A stretch of DNA of 64,000 nucleotides from an uncultured bacterium (GTDB lineage Bacteria > Desulfobacterota_D > UBA1144 > Nemesobacterales > UBA2774). Below are positions 1 to 9,869 of this stretch, one piece after another. The stretch is taken from positions 128,001-192,000 of the forward strand of contig CAVPJU010000006.1 in assembly GCA_963705505.1 (NCBI GenBank), read 5' to 3'. The position numbers and the translations under genes were made by a program. The notes beneath the pieces were generated by a model. It ran no database searches. It was not told the origin of the DNA and saw nothing but the letters and a program-made list of their open reading frames with translations. How positions within the stretch are numbered: position 1 is the first letter of the stretch; every line of letters begins with the position of its first letter.

Positions 1-1806
1 AGAAAGGAGACTGTAAACCGCCGGGTCGTCGAGGGGTATCTTGTTAATGTCGAACTTCGTTTCTTCCCCGTTCCCGTAATTTTCCTTTACGAGCTTAAGC
101 GCCTTATCGATAACCGTCAGGGTCCTGAGACCCAGGAAATCGAACTTTACGAACCCGAGCTCTTCTATCGAGTTCATATCGAACTGGGTCACGACTTCGT
201 TCTTCGAGCCCTTACAGAGAGGTATGTGATCGGCGAGGGGCTCGTTTGCGATAACGATACCGGCCGCATGTGTGGAGGAGTGCCTGACCATGTCTTCCAA
301 AGGCTTGGCAAGCTCTATCATCTCTTTTAGCTGAGGGGAACCCTCGATGAGCTTCTTTAATTCGGATACGCTCTCGATAGCCTTCTCTATGCTGAACACC
401 TTGCCCCTGAAGGACGGGATTAATTTGCTCACCCTATCGACGTCCGCGTAGGGTATGCCCAGGACTCTGCCCACGTCTTTGACGACGGCCTTGGCGGACA
501 TGGTCCCGAACGTCCCTATCTGGGCTACTTTGTCCGCCCCGTATTTTTCTGTTACGTATCTTATGACTTCGTCCCTGCCCTCGGCGCAGAAGTCTATGTC
601 TATGTCGGGCATGCTGACACGCTCGGGGTTTAAAAACCTCTCGAATATGAGGTTATAGGGGATGGGATCTATCTCGGTGATTCCGAGCGCGTACGCGGCC
701 AGGCTCCCGGCAGCGCTGCCCCTCCCCGGACCGACCGGAATACCGTGCGACTTGGCATAGTTGATGAAATCCGAGACGACTAGGAAATAGCCCGAAAAGC
801 CCATTTTCTGAATAATCTCTATCTCGGTCTCGAGCCTTTCCTTATAATGCCCGATCTTTTCGGCGGGAATGGCGTTCTCTTTAAGCCTTTCGTCTAATTT
901 TTCTCTTGCGAGCACGGCAAGGTATTCGTCAAGCGATATGCCCCCTTCGGCCTCGAAAACGGGGAGCTTGTAACCGTTCCTCTCGAACTCGAAATTGCAC
1001 CTCTTCGCAATCTCGGACGTCATTTTAATCGCGTCCTCAAACCCCTCGAGGTCCTTCATCATCTCGCCTTCGGATTTGAGGTAATACTGGTCGCCCTGGA
1101 ACTTGAACCTGTTCTCGTCCTGAAGCGACGACCCCGTCTGTATGCAGAGAAGCGCGTCATGGGGTCTCGAATCCTCGCGCCGCAAGAAATGACAGTCGTT
1201 GGTCGCCACGATGGGTATGCCGAGCTTTTCCCCTATCTCTCTTATCTTTTTGTTGACTCTCTTCTGCTCGGGCAGGCCCGTAGCCTGAACTTCGAGATAG
1301 TACCTGTCGCCGAAAATTTCCCTGTACATCGCGGCTACGTTCAATGCCGCTTTCATGTCCTTGCTGAAGATCGCCTTCGAAAGCTCGCTGTTGAGACAGC
1401 CGCTCAACACGATGAGCCCTTCGTTGTGCTTGTCCAGAAGCCCGTGGTCCACTCTCGGCCGCCTGTAGAACCCGTCGAAGTAAGCCTTCGTCACGAGCCT
1501 CGAAAGGTTCTGATAACCGGTCCAGTTCATAGATAAAACCGTGAGATGATGGGTCTTGCCCTCCGAAGGGTTATCCGGGTTGATTTTGGCCGTAACGTAG
1601 AGCTCGCACCCTATGATGGGCTTAATGCCGGATTCCTTGGCTTTTTTATAAAACTCGTATGCGCCGAAGAGGTTCCCGTGGTCGGTGAGAGCGACAGCCT
1701 CCATGCCGAATTCCTTGGCTAAAGGGAAAAGGTCTTCGAATTTTATCGCGCCGTCAAGCAGTGAATATTGTGAATGGAGGTGAAGATGGACAAAACTGTT
1801 AGACAT
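1..1806 (-). CDS. dnaE: DNA polymerase III alpha subunit, 5' part (runs off the left edge)
   Basis: Absent from the ORF track because it has no stop in the window. Hand translation from ATG 1806 gives MSNSFVHLHLHSQYSLLDGAIK...ALTDHGNLFG (PHP domain), GPGRGSAAGS and RVSMPDIDIDF, and is still in frame at base 1 (PLDDPAVYSLLS). Confidence 0.97.
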   Translation of the reverse strand, partial: MSNSFVHLHLHSQYSLLDGAIKFEDLFPLAKEFGMEAVALTDHGNLFGAYEFYKKAKESGIKPIIGCELYVTAKINPDNPSEGKTHHLTVLSMNWTGYQNLSRLVTKAYFDGFYRRPRVDHGLLDKHNEGLIVLSGCLNSELSKAIFSKDMKAALNVAAMYREIFGDRYYLEVQATGLPEQKRVNKKIREIGEKLGIPIVATNDCHFLRREDSRPHDALLCIQTGSSLQDENRFKFQGDQYYLKSEGEMMKDLEGFEDAIKMTSEIAKRCNFEFERNGYKLPVFEAEGGISLDEYLAVLAREKLDERLKENAIPAEKIGHYKERLETEIEIIQKMGFSGYFLVVSDFINYAKSHGIPVGPGRGSAAGSLAAYALGITEIDPIPYNLIFERFLNPERVSMPDIDIDFCAEGRDEVIRYVTEKYGADKVAQIGTFGTMSAKAVVKDVGRVLGIPYADVDRVSKLIPSFRGKVFSIEKAIESVSELKKLIEGSPQLKEMIELAKPLEDMVRHSSTHAAGIVIANEPLADHIPLCKGSKNEVVTQFDMNSIEELGFVKFDFLGLRTLTVIDKALKLVKENYGNGEETKFDINKIPLDDPAVYSLLS

Positions 1807-1814
1807 CAGTTTTT

Positions 1815-1844
1815 ATTATATCCAAGAAGATTCGGGCACGGCAA
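1815..1844 (-). promoter_or_regulatory. sigma70-like promoter for dnaE (TTGCCG-18-TATAAT)
   Basis: Consensus -10 sits 8 nt before the ATG, with no SD. Confidence 0.5.
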
Positions 1845-1992
1845 GAGCCTTGAAAACATCATTTGTTTCATAGAGGTTAGAGGGGAGAAAATCGAGCATT
1901 CCAGTGCGGAGGAAAGTATACCGAAGCGGCGGTATATTGAAAAGAATTCCCTGAAAAGTATATTAACGTTGAATACAACTACAACAAAAGAG

Positions 1993-2067
1993 AAATTTTT
2001 TTTGATAACTGCATCTTATTCCGCAGAGTGATCGATTATTTTTCTAAGGTGCAGTCAAGGAGGCTTT
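1993..2067 (+). promoter_or_regulatory. 5'UTR hairpin occluding the ftsY Shine-Dalgarno
   Basis: ACTGCATCTTA (2008-2018) pairs with TAAGGTGCAGT (2045-2055). The U8 tract at 1996-2003 pairs with AAGGAGG (2057-2063). Confidence 0.5.
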
Positions 2068-2074
2068 AAATATA

Positions 2075-3448
2075 ATGGAAGAAATTCTTTCCGCTTTTAA
2101 CAGCATACCCGGCCCGTATTCGGACCTGGTAGCGGTAGGCGTGATCTTTTTGATTCTCCTTCTTATTGCACTCATTATTACGTTTCTATTCGAGGAGAAG
2201 CCGAAAAAAGAGGCCGGAAAACCCGAGCCAGAAAAGCCCGCCTATGAAGAGGCGGAGAAAATATTGAAAGCGCCCGATCTGGAGGTGTTTAAGGCACCCT
2301 CCGTAGAGGAAACACCGCCCTCGGTCTTTGAAGCCCCGACTGGAGGCGTAGAAATCCGGCAACCACTAGAGCTTGAAACGGCGGCTGTCGAAACGGAAGA
2401 AATCGAGGCGCCGGAAGCTCGTGAACTAAAGGCGGAGCCTGAACAACCCCCGGCAGAGGCTAAGAAACAAGAGGCTGCAATCGAGACTGCCCCTGTAGAA
2501 GAAATCGAGGAAACGAAAGAAGGGCTATTCGCGAGGCTCCGGAAGGGGTTATCCAAGACACACACGGGGCTTTTCGGCAGGCTCAGCGAAGTGCTGTCAA
2601 AGAGGGAAATAGACGAAGGCGTATGGGACGATTTTGAAGAAACGCTCATAATGGCGGATATAGGGGTCGGCACGACGATGAAGTTGAGGGAGAGGATCGA
2701 GGCCGGGGTCGGGAAGAAATCGCTCAGGGACGGAGACGCGATAACAGAGGCGCTCAAGGAGGAAATCCTGAGGATTCTGAAATCCGCACAGGGGAATCCT
2801 ATAAGCATCACCGCGAAACCGTTCGTGATAATGGTAGCGGGAGTGAACGGGGTCGGGAAAACGACTACGATCGGAAAGCTCGCCAATAAACTTAAAAAAG
2901 AACATATGAGCGTCATGGTTGCTGCGGGGGATACGTTCAGGGCGGCCGCCATGGAGCAGCTCGAAGTCTGGTCCAAAAGAGTGGGATCGGACTTCATCAA
3001 GGGACAGAGCGGCGCAGACCCCTCTTCGGTCGCATTCGACGCTATAAAAGCGGCTTCCGCGCGGGGGACAGACGTGCTGATCATAGACACAGCCGGCAGG
3101 CTCCACACGAAGGAAAACCTTATGGAAGAAATAAAAAAAATGAAAAGGATAATATCGCGCGAGCTGGAGAACGCCCCGCATGAAACACTGCTTGTACTCG
3201 ACGCGACCACGGGCCAGAACGCAGTCCAGCAGGCGAAGATGTTCAACGAAGCCCTCGACGTCACGGGAATCGTGCTTACGAAGCTCGACGGTACCGCGAA
3301 AGGGGGCGTGATCGTCGCGATTGCGGACGAGCTGAATATCCCCGTCAAATATATCGGGATCGGCGAGAGCCTGAGCGACCTCAGGGAATTCAATGCCGAG
3401 GAATTCGTCGAAGCCCTGTTCTATTCGGGGGATGAAATAAAACATTGA
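2075..3448 (+). CDS. ftsY: SRP receptor FtsY with N-terminal TM segment and acidic region
   Basis: GVNGVGKTTTIGKLA, DTFRAAA, DTAGR, TKLDGTAKGG; AAGGAGG upstream. Confidence 0.97.
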   Translation: MEEILSAFNSIPGPYSDLVAVGVIFLILLLIALIITFLFEEKPKKEAGKPEPEKPAYEEAEKILKAPDLEVFKAPSVEETPPSVFEAPTGGVEIRQPLELETAAVETEEIEAPEARELKAEPEQPPAEAKKQEAAIETAPVEEIEETKEGLFARLRKGLSKTHTGLFGRLSEVLSKREIDEGVWDDFEETLIMADIGVGTTMKLRERIEAGVGKKSLRDGDAITEALKEEILRILKSAQGNPISITAKPFVIMVAGVNGVGKTTTIGKLANKLKKEHMSVMVAAGDTFRAAAMEQLEVWSKRVGSDFIKGQSGADPSSVAFDAIKAASARGTDVLIIDTAGRLHTKENLMEEIKKMKRIISRELENAPHETLLVLDATTGQNAVQQAKMFNEALDVTGIVLTKLDGTAKGGVIVAIADELNIPVKYIGIGESLSDLREFNAEEFVEALFYSGDEIKH

Positions 3449-3498
3449 CATACCCCGGGGATTACTAGTAAAAATAATTATTGTTGTCTCCCGTTATT

Positions 3499-4611
3499 AT
3501 GAATAAGGACCCGCACGAAAAATACATGTCTCTCGCCATAAGCCTCGCGAAAAGGGCCGAGGGCATGACGAGCCCCAACCCCCTTGTGGGGGCGGTGCTT
3601 GTGAAGAAGGGGAAGATCATAGGGAAGGGATACCATAAGAAGGCCGGGCTCCCGCACGCGGAGATAGAGGCATTCAACGATGCGGAGAGAAAAAAACACG
3701 GCGTCAGGGGCTCCACTCTTTACGTATCGCTAGAACCCTGCTGTCACACCGAGAAAAAGACCCCGCCCTGCACCGACGCGATAATCGGAAAGGGGATTAA
3801 GGAAGTCATCGTCGGCTCGCTCGACCCCAACCCTAAGGTGAGCGGGAACGGGGTAAAAACACTGAGACATAAGGGCATAGAGGTCAGGACGGGCGTGCTA
3901 GGGGAGAAGGCCCGGGAACTGAACGAGGCGTTCAACAAATACATCGCGACCGGCACGCCGTTTGTAACGCTCAAGCTCGCGGCCACGATGGACGGGAAGA
4001 TCGCGACGCGTACGGGGGACTCGAAGTGGATCGGGAGCGAGGAGCAGAGAAAGATAGCTCATAGACTGAGAAACAGTGCTGACGCGGTCATGGTCGGGAT
4101 AGGTACTCTGCTCAAGGACGACCCCAGCTTGAACGTGAGGCTATATAAGAACACCGGCAGACAGCCTGTGCCGATAGTGCTCGACAGGAGACTGAGGACG
4201 CCGGTTAAATCCAATATATTCTCAGTTCACGAAAAAGTAATAATAATCACCGGCAAATCACACGATCAGGCGAAGAGGAAGAGGCTCGAAAGCAAGGGGG
4301 CAAAGGTCATCGAAGTAAGGCTCGGGAGGGACGGGCTCCTAGACTTGAGGGAACTCGTCTCCGTGCTCGGAAAAAATGAAATCACAAGCGTCCTTATCGA
4401 AGGCGGGAGCAGCACGGCTGCGGAGGCTTTTAAGAGCGGAATAGTGGACAAGGTGGTGTTTTTTTATGCGCCCAGGCTTATAGGAGCCGACGGCTTAAGC
4501 ATGGTGGGGAAGCTCGGCATCTCGGCCATAAAAGACTCTTTACGGATTAGCAGGGTGAAAATAAAGAAAATGGGCGACGAATTCATGATAGAAGGCTATA
4601 TCATTAAATAA
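3499..4611 (+). CDS. ribD: bifunctional riboflavin deaminase/reductase RibD
   Basis: SPNPLVGAV, HAE, LEPCCH, DGKIAT, IEGG. ATG 3499 preferred over TTG 3481. Confidence 0.96.
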   Translation: MNKDPHEKYMSLAISLAKRAEGMTSPNPLVGAVLVKKGKIIGKGYHKKAGLPHAEIEAFNDAERKKHGVRGSTLYVSLEPCCHTEKKTPPCTDAIIGKGIKEVIVGSLDPNPKVSGNGVKTLRHKGIEVRTGVLGEKARELNEAFNKYIATGTPFVTLKLAATMDGKIATRTGDSKWIGSEEQRKIAHRLRNSADAVMVGIGTLLKDDPSLNVRLYKNTGRQPVPIVLDRRLRTPVKSNIFSVHEKVIIITGKSHDQAKRKRLESKGAKVIEVRLGRDGLLDLRELVSVLGKNEITSVLIEGGSSTAAEAFKSGIVDKVVFFYAPRLIGADGLSMVGKLGISAIKDSLRISRVKIKKMGDEFMIEGYIIK

Positions 4612-4645
4612 AAGCGAAAAAGAGATGATATGCTTTCCTTAGACA

Positions 4646-5323
4646 ATGGATAATAACAATAAAGAGAGAGCGGGCTTGTTCGGAGGGACATTTGACCCCG
4701 TACATCTGGGCCACCTGCGGGCGGCGGAGGAAATAAGGGAGGAGCTATCGCTTAACAGGATATTTTTCATTCCGGCGGCTATCCCCCCTCATAAAGACGA
4801 AACTCACATCACCCCTTCTCATCACAGGCTCGAAATGCTTAAGCTCGCCGTGAGAGAAAACCCCCACTTTGAAATATGCGATTATGAATTGAAGAAAAAA
4901 TCCACTTCCTATACCGTGGACACGCTCAGGTATCTGAATACGGCCTATCCTGGTTCCGAATTTTATTTCATCGTAGGCAACGAGCTTTTCTCGGAAATAG
5001 AGACGTGGAAGGAATATAAAGAGCTGTTTAAACTTTCTAATTTCGCCGTGATCACGAGACCGGGTTACACGGACGAATGCAGCACAAAACTCCCGCTTGC
5101 CCTCAAAAACGATTTTAGTTATTATAAAGAAACAGAAAACGTGATACTTTACAAAGATCAAAACTCCAAATTTATTGCTTTTACCAAGATCCGGGGCCTG
5201 GAAATATCCTCTACAGAAATAAGGCGTTACGTAAATTGCGGAAGGTCGGTTAAGTACCTCGTCCCGTCCGCGGTCGAAGAGTACATACTCCAAAATAACA
5301 TATACCCAGAGGAGGAATCCTGA
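4646..5323 (+). CDS. nadD: nicotinate-nucleotide adenylyltransferase
   Basis: GGTFDPVHLGH, SYTVDTL, ISSTEIR. Confidence 0.96.
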   Translation: MDNNNKERAGLFGGTFDPVHLGHLRAAEEIREELSLNRIFFIPAAIPPHKDETHITPSHHRLEMLKLAVRENPHFEICDYELKKKSTSYTVDTLRYLNTAYPGSEFYFIVGNELFSEIETWKEYKELFKLSNFAVITRPGYTDECSTKLPLALKNDFSYYKETENVILYKDQNSKFIAFTKIRGLEISSTEIRRYVNCGRSVKYLVPSAVEEYILQNNIYPEEES

Positions 5324-5721
5324 TAAACTCCAAAAAGAAAGCAATCTCCATAGCTCACGCGGCATGGGACAAAAAAGCGGAAAACCCAGTGCTGCTGGAT
5401 GTCGGATCCACAAGCGATGTGACAGATTATTTTCTGATCTGCAGTGCCAATTCAACAAGAGGCGTAAAGACCATCGTCGATAATATCAAAAAAACGCTCG
5501 AGGAGTCAGGGGAAAAGGTAATCGGCATAGAGGGTTACTCCGAGGGGAACTGGGTTCTTATCGATTCGGCGGACGTAGTCGCCCATGTCTTTTACGAGCC
5601 GTACAGAAAATTCTACGATATAGAGAGCCTGTGGATAGACGCTCCGCGCGTAAAAATATCTTTCGAAAAACAACTCCGGAAAAAATCAGACGAGTACGAG
5701 AAAATGCAGGCGGCTGACTGA
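5320..5721 (+). CDS. rsfS: ribosome silencing factor RsfS (start probably CTG 5320 or ATA 5323)
   Basis: DKKAENPVLLD, TDYFLICSANS, WVLID, RKFYDIESLW. The frame is open 23 codons upstream of the listed GTG. Usual nadD-rsfS order. Confidence 0.93.
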   Translation: MINSKKKAISIAHAAWDKKAENPVLLDVGSTSDVTDYFLICSANSTRGVKTIVDNIKKTLEESGEKVIGIEGYSEGNWVLIDSADVVAHVFYEPYRKFYDIESLWIDAPRVKISFEKQLRKKSDEYEKMQAAD

Positions 5722-5873
5722 AGCTGCCGTTTATGAAGTAAATCCGGTTCAAAAAAAAGAAAAAAACAGTGTCTCGGAATTAAGGCTAAATATTATGTAA
5801 TCTCGGGGGCAATCTTTCCCCTTCTTAAATATCCGGCTGCCGATTCCCTTTCAGCCGTATCAGCCCCTCACCG

Positions 5874-6947
5874 CTATTGGCCTTCTTTGAATCCCCGTCT
5901 TCTGATAAATGCGGGTATTTCGAACTCGTCCTCTCCGATGTCCGTAGGGAGCTTGGTCACTAATTTCTTTATGTTCTGACTCTTTATACTGTGTATGCCG
6001 GTCGCTATTACGGTAAGCTGGACCGATTCCTTGAATTCGGGATTGAATACCAGACCGAATATAAGGTTCACGTCCTCGTGAGCGCGGTCCTTTATGTAGT
6101 TGCAGGCTTCGTTAAGCTCTTCGATTCCGAAGTCAGGAGAGGCGGTTACATTGAGGAGGATACCCGTCGCCCCGTCTATTGATATGTCTTCCAGAAGAGG
6201 ACTCGTTATTGCGGCTTCGGCTGCCTCTATAGCCCTGTTGCTGCCCTCCGCGTACCCGGTGCCCATGAGGGCCTTGCCGCCGTTCTCTCCCATGATGCTC
6301 TTGACGTCGGCAAAATCGACGTTGATATAGCCTGTCCCCGTAATTATGTCCGAAATGCCGCGGACGGCCTGGTGAAGAACCTCGTCCGCTCTCTTAAAAG
6401 CGTCGAGGATCGTGATCTTATGCACTTCGGTCAGACGGTCGTTCGGAATCACGATGAGAGTGTCCACTTCCTTCTCCAGACTTTCAATGCCCTCGAGCGC
6501 CTGCTTGTTTCTCTTGGGCCCTTCAAAACCGAAAGGTCTTGTAACAACGCCGACCGTGAGAGCACCCATGTCCTTGGAAACCTGGGCGATGATAGGCGAA
6601 GCTCCGGTCCCGGTGCCTCCGCCCATTCCCGCGGTGATGAACACCATATCTGCGCCTTCCAGGGCTTCGGCGATCTTTGCCTGATCCTCGATCGCGGCCT
6701 CCCTCCCTAAAGTCGGATTCCCGCCTGAACCGAGACCTTTGGTAGTCCTGCTGCCGATCTGAATTTTTATGGATGCTAATGATTTTCTCAGGTCCTGCGC
6801 ATCGGTGTTAGCCACGACGAAATCGACACCGTGCAGTCCCTTTTCTATCATGGCGTTTATCGCGTTGCCGCCCGCACCGCCGGCCCCGATAACTTTTATT
6901 CTCGCCTTTTGTTCTATACCAGTGTCTTCGAGCTCGAAGTTTGCCAT
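5874..6947 (-). CDS. ftsZ: cell division protein FtsZ
   Basis: GAGGAGGNA, GMGGGTGTG, INVDFADV, C-terminal EIPAFIRR; GGAGG before ATG 6947. Confidence 0.98.
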   Translation of the reverse strand: MANFELEDTGIEQKARIKVIGAGGAGGNAINAMIEKGLHGVDFVVANTDAQDLRKSLASIKIQIGSRTTKGLGSGGNPTLGREAAIEDQAKIAEALEGADMVFITAGMGGGTGTGASPIIAQVSKDMGALTVGVVTRPFGFEGPKRNKQALEGIESLEKEVDTLIVIPNDRLTEVHKITILDAFKRADEVLHQAVRGISDIITGTGYINVDFADVKSIMGENGGKALMGTGYAEGSNRAIEAAEAAITSPLLEDISIDGATGILLNVTASPDFGIEELNEACNYIKDRAHEDVNLIFGLVFNPEFKESVQLTVIATGIHSIKSQNIKKLVTKLPTDIGEDEFEIPAFIRRRGFKEGQ

Positions 6948-6986
6948 ATTTAACACCCTCCTCCAGTAGCTTTAGTTCATTTTAAC

Positions 6987-8219
6987 CTAAAAAAACTCCT
7001 GAAACCAGTTTTTCATACTATCAAAAATTTTTTTAAAAACATTTTCATCCCGGATACGTAATTTTTTATCCCCTTTGTACTCGCAGCCGTAGAGCACAAG
7101 ACCCACTCCTGTCGAATAAACGGGGTTGGCAATAATGTCGGTCAAACCTCCGACATCCGTCGGGACACCCATTCTTACGGGCATTTCCAGAACATTCTCG
7201 GCAAGCTCGACAGTACCGTTCATAATGACGCTCCCCCCGGTTATCACGGCGCCTGCGGGGATGAGGTCTTCAAAACCCGACTTCTTGACCTCCCTTTTCA
7301 CGAGCGCGAATATTTCTTCCATTCGCGGCTCGATGATCATCGCGAGATCCCTTCTCGATATCTTTCTGAAATGTCTCCCGCCTACGCTCGGGACCTCTAT
7401 CGTCTCGTCGGGCGATACCAGGTCGGCAAGCGCGGTGCCGTATTTCTCCTTGATCCTTCTTGCTTCCGCTAGCGGAGTCGATAGTCCGAGGGCTATATCC
7501 CTGTCTATGTTATCTCCGCCGAGGGTAACGTTTTCGGTATATCTGATACTGCCGCCTACGAATATGGCTATATCCGTCGTCCCGCCGCCGCAGTCTATGA
7601 GCACAACGCCTATTTCCTTTTCATCTTCCGTGAGCACCGCCTCGCTCGAAGCGAGCTGCTCGAGTACGATATCGGCGACATCCATGCCGGCCCCGTGAAT
7701 GCATTTAACGAGATTCTGCGCCGCTGTTACCTGGCCCGTGACTATATGCACCTTGGTCTCGAGCTTGATTCCGTAAATACCTACGGGGTCCTTTATCCCG
7801 CTCTGCCCGTCAACCGTATATTCCTGGGGTATGACATGAATGATCTCCCTGTCGGCGGGGATTAACACGGCGTTGGCGGATTCAATCACCCTGTCTATAT
7901 CACGCTTCGCGACTTCGCGTTCCCTGATGGTAATCATTCCGTGTCCGCTTATGCCTTTTATATGACCGCCGGCAATGCCTACGAATACGGTCCTTATTTC
8001 GCATCCCGCCATGTGTTCGGCTTCTTCGACGGCATGCTTAACCGACTGGATAGTATTTTCTATATTTACGACAACACCCCTCTTGAGTCCGTAAGAGGGA
8101 TAAGTGCCAACTCCTATTATTTCGACTTCCCCCGTTTTTGAATTTAACTCGCCCACAATTGCGCATATTTTTGTCGTCCCGATATCGAGCCCTATTATCA
8201 AATCCTGCTCCTTACCCAT
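6987..8219 (-). CDS. ftsA: cell division protein FtsA
   Basis: GLDIGTTKI, DCGGGTTD, C-terminal amphipathic MKNWFQEFF. Confidence 0.98.
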   Translation of the reverse strand: MGKEQDLIIGLDIGTTKICAIVGELNSKTGEVEIIGVGTYPSYGLKRGVVVNIENTIQSVKHAVEEAEHMAGCEIRTVFVGIAGGHIKGISGHGMITIREREVAKRDIDRVIESANAVLIPADREIIHVIPQEYTVDGQSGIKDPVGIYGIKLETKVHIVTGQVTAAQNLVKCIHGAGMDVADIVLEQLASSEAVLTEDEKEIGVVLIDCGGGTTDIAIFVGGSIRYTENVTLGGDNIDRDIALGLSTPLAEARRIKEKYGTALADLVSPDETIEVPSVGGRHFRKISRRDLAMIIEPRMEEIFALVKREVKKSGFEDLIPAGAVITGGSVIMNGTVELAENVLEMPVRMGVPTDVGGLTDIIANPVYSTGVGLVLYGCEYKGDKKLRIRDENVFKKIFDSMKNWFQEFF

Positions 8220-8967
8220 CCTTAGCTCCCGATTTCACAGCCGGCTGCCTGAAATTCACGACTCCCACGCTGTCAGAAGACACGTTGATATAGGACTCCT
8301 CGAGGCCCAGGGAGTCCGAATATTTAATAATCCGTTCCATCTTGTCCCACTTTTCAACTATTTTGTTTTTATCGAATTCAATGCGCAGGTTATTGTTCGT
8401 AAATACGTTGATTCCGTATACCGAATCGATCTGGATCTCTGATATTTCATCCCATTTCAGCAAGGTGCTGTTTTTAGCCAATTCCAAGATTTCGAGGGCC
8501 TCTTCCAAAAGCTCCGGGTCTCTTATACCATCGCCTATCAGAACCGGAAAATCAAGCCCCAGATCAAAATTTCCGGTGCCCAGCATCCTGCCGGTCCTGC
8601 TCATGTACTGAGGTCTTCCGTCATCCGATAGCACGATGCAGTAAACATCCTCTTCCTCCACTTCTATCGTGACCTTTTTAGGGAACTCCTTGCGCACGGA
8701 CACTCTTTTTATCCAGGGATTTTTGAGTATCTCATCCTCAACCTGTTTCTCGAAAAAGAAGATGCTGCTCTGGCCTCCTCTGAGACCGGACCTTTTGAGT
8801 ATTTCCCTGGCCGTGATCCTTTTGTTCCCCTTTATATCGACATCCTCCACCGTGAACATTCCGAGACGAAGCGACAAGTAGGACGATACAGCGATGAGAG
8901 CCAGTATGAAGAGAACCGACAAAAGGATAATCAGTTTCCGGTAGGGGAACCTCGTATTATCTTCCAA
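8212..8967 (-). CDS. ftsQ: cell division protein FtsQ/DivIB
   Basis: Single TM followed by POTRA-like NPWIKRVSVRKEFP; sits directly before ftsA. Confidence 0.88.
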   Translation of the reverse strand: MEDNTRFPYRKLIILLSVLFILALIAVSSYLSLRLGMFTVEDVDIKGNKRITAREILKRSGLRGGQSSIFFFEKQVEDEILKNPWIKRVSVRKEFPKKVTIEVEEEDVYCIVLSDDGRPQYMSRTGRMLGTGNFDLGLDFPVLIGDGIRDPELLEEALEILELAKNSTLLKWDEISEIQIDSVYGINVFTNNNLRIEFDKNKIVEKWDKMERIIKYSDSLGLEESYINVSSDSVGVVNFRQPAVKSGAKDG

Positions 8968-9862
8968 CTTTATCCTTCCCTATTATCCTTACCTCTGTTT
9001 CCAGCTTTATTCCTCTCTTGATCAACGCTTCCCTTTTCGCCTTCTCGATAAGCTCGAGCACATCGCTTGCGCTCGCGGCCCCTGCATTGACGATAAAATT
9101 CGCATGGAGCTCTGAGAACCTGGCGCCCCCGATGCCGAAGCCCTTAAAACCGAGCTCGTCAAGAAGCTTCCCGGCAGGGATTTCGGGGGGGTTTTTAAAT
9201 ATCGAACCCGTGTTCGACATTTTTATGGGCTGAGTCCGGTTCCTCTTCTCCATGTATTCTTTTACGCTGCGCTCGATCTCGCGTCTGTTACCAGGCCTGA
9301 GTCCGAATTTCGCCCTCGTTATTACGCTCCCGGGTGGAAGGTAGCTTTTACGGTATTCGAACCTCAATTGCCTTCTATCAAGCTCGATCTCCTCTCCCCC
9401 GAGCCAGACCCACACTGTTTCGAGCGCGTCTTTTATCTCGCCCCCGTTCGCCCCCGCGTTCATAAATATTCCGCCGCCTACTGTACCCGGAATGCCGGCC
9501 GCAAATTCAAAACCGGTAAGACCGGCTTTAATAGTTTTATTGAGTATCGTGCCCAGTACCGCGCCTGTCTCGGCGTATACCTTGTTGTCTTCCGTGATCT
9601 CGATTTTTTTCAACTTCCCTGTGCAGACGACAACCCCTTCTATCCCGGCATCGTAAACGACCGTGTTCGAGCCCGCTCCGAGCACGACCCACGGCACGTC
9701 GGATACCGAGAGCAAGTCCAGTAATTTCTTGAATTGTTCAAGGTTGTTGGGAGTGACCACCATATCCGCAATACCGCCGACGCGCAGAGACGTGTATTTA
9801 TTCATGGGATACTTTTGTTCGATTTCGCAGCCGATAAGACCGATTTCACGCACTAATTTCAT
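8957..9862 (-). CDS. murB: UDP-N-acetylenolpyruvoylglucosamine reductase
   Basis: GAGSN, GIPGTVGG, MNAGA, GSIFKNP, HANF. Confidence 0.97.
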   Translation of the reverse strand: MKLVREIGLIGCEIEQKYPMNKYTSLRVGGIADMVVTPNNLEQFKKLLDLLSVSDVPWVVLGAGSNTVVYDAGIEGVVVCTGKLKKIEITEDNKVYAETGAVLGTILNKTIKAGLTGFEFAAGIPGTVGGGIFMNAGANGGEIKDALETVWVWLGGEEIELDRRQLRFEYRKSYLPPGSVITRAKFGLRPGNRREIERSVKEYMEKRNRTQPIKMSNTGSIFKNPPEIPAGKLLDELGFKGFGIGGARFSELHANFIVNAGAASASDVLELIEKAKREALIKRGIKLETEVRIIGKDKVGR

Positions 9863-9869
9863 CCCGTTT

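Noticed and set aside
1774..2031. 85-aa ORF between dnaE and ftsY
   Set aside because: It overlaps the dnaE start and promoter and the ftsY leader, and has no recognisable features.
2242..3451. Long antisense/overlapping ORFs (e.g. 383 aa and 284 aa opposite ftsY; similar ones over murF, recJ, polA)
   Set aside because: They shadow well-supported genes, have no motifs or SD, and show the S/P/F-rich composition of reverse-frame translation.
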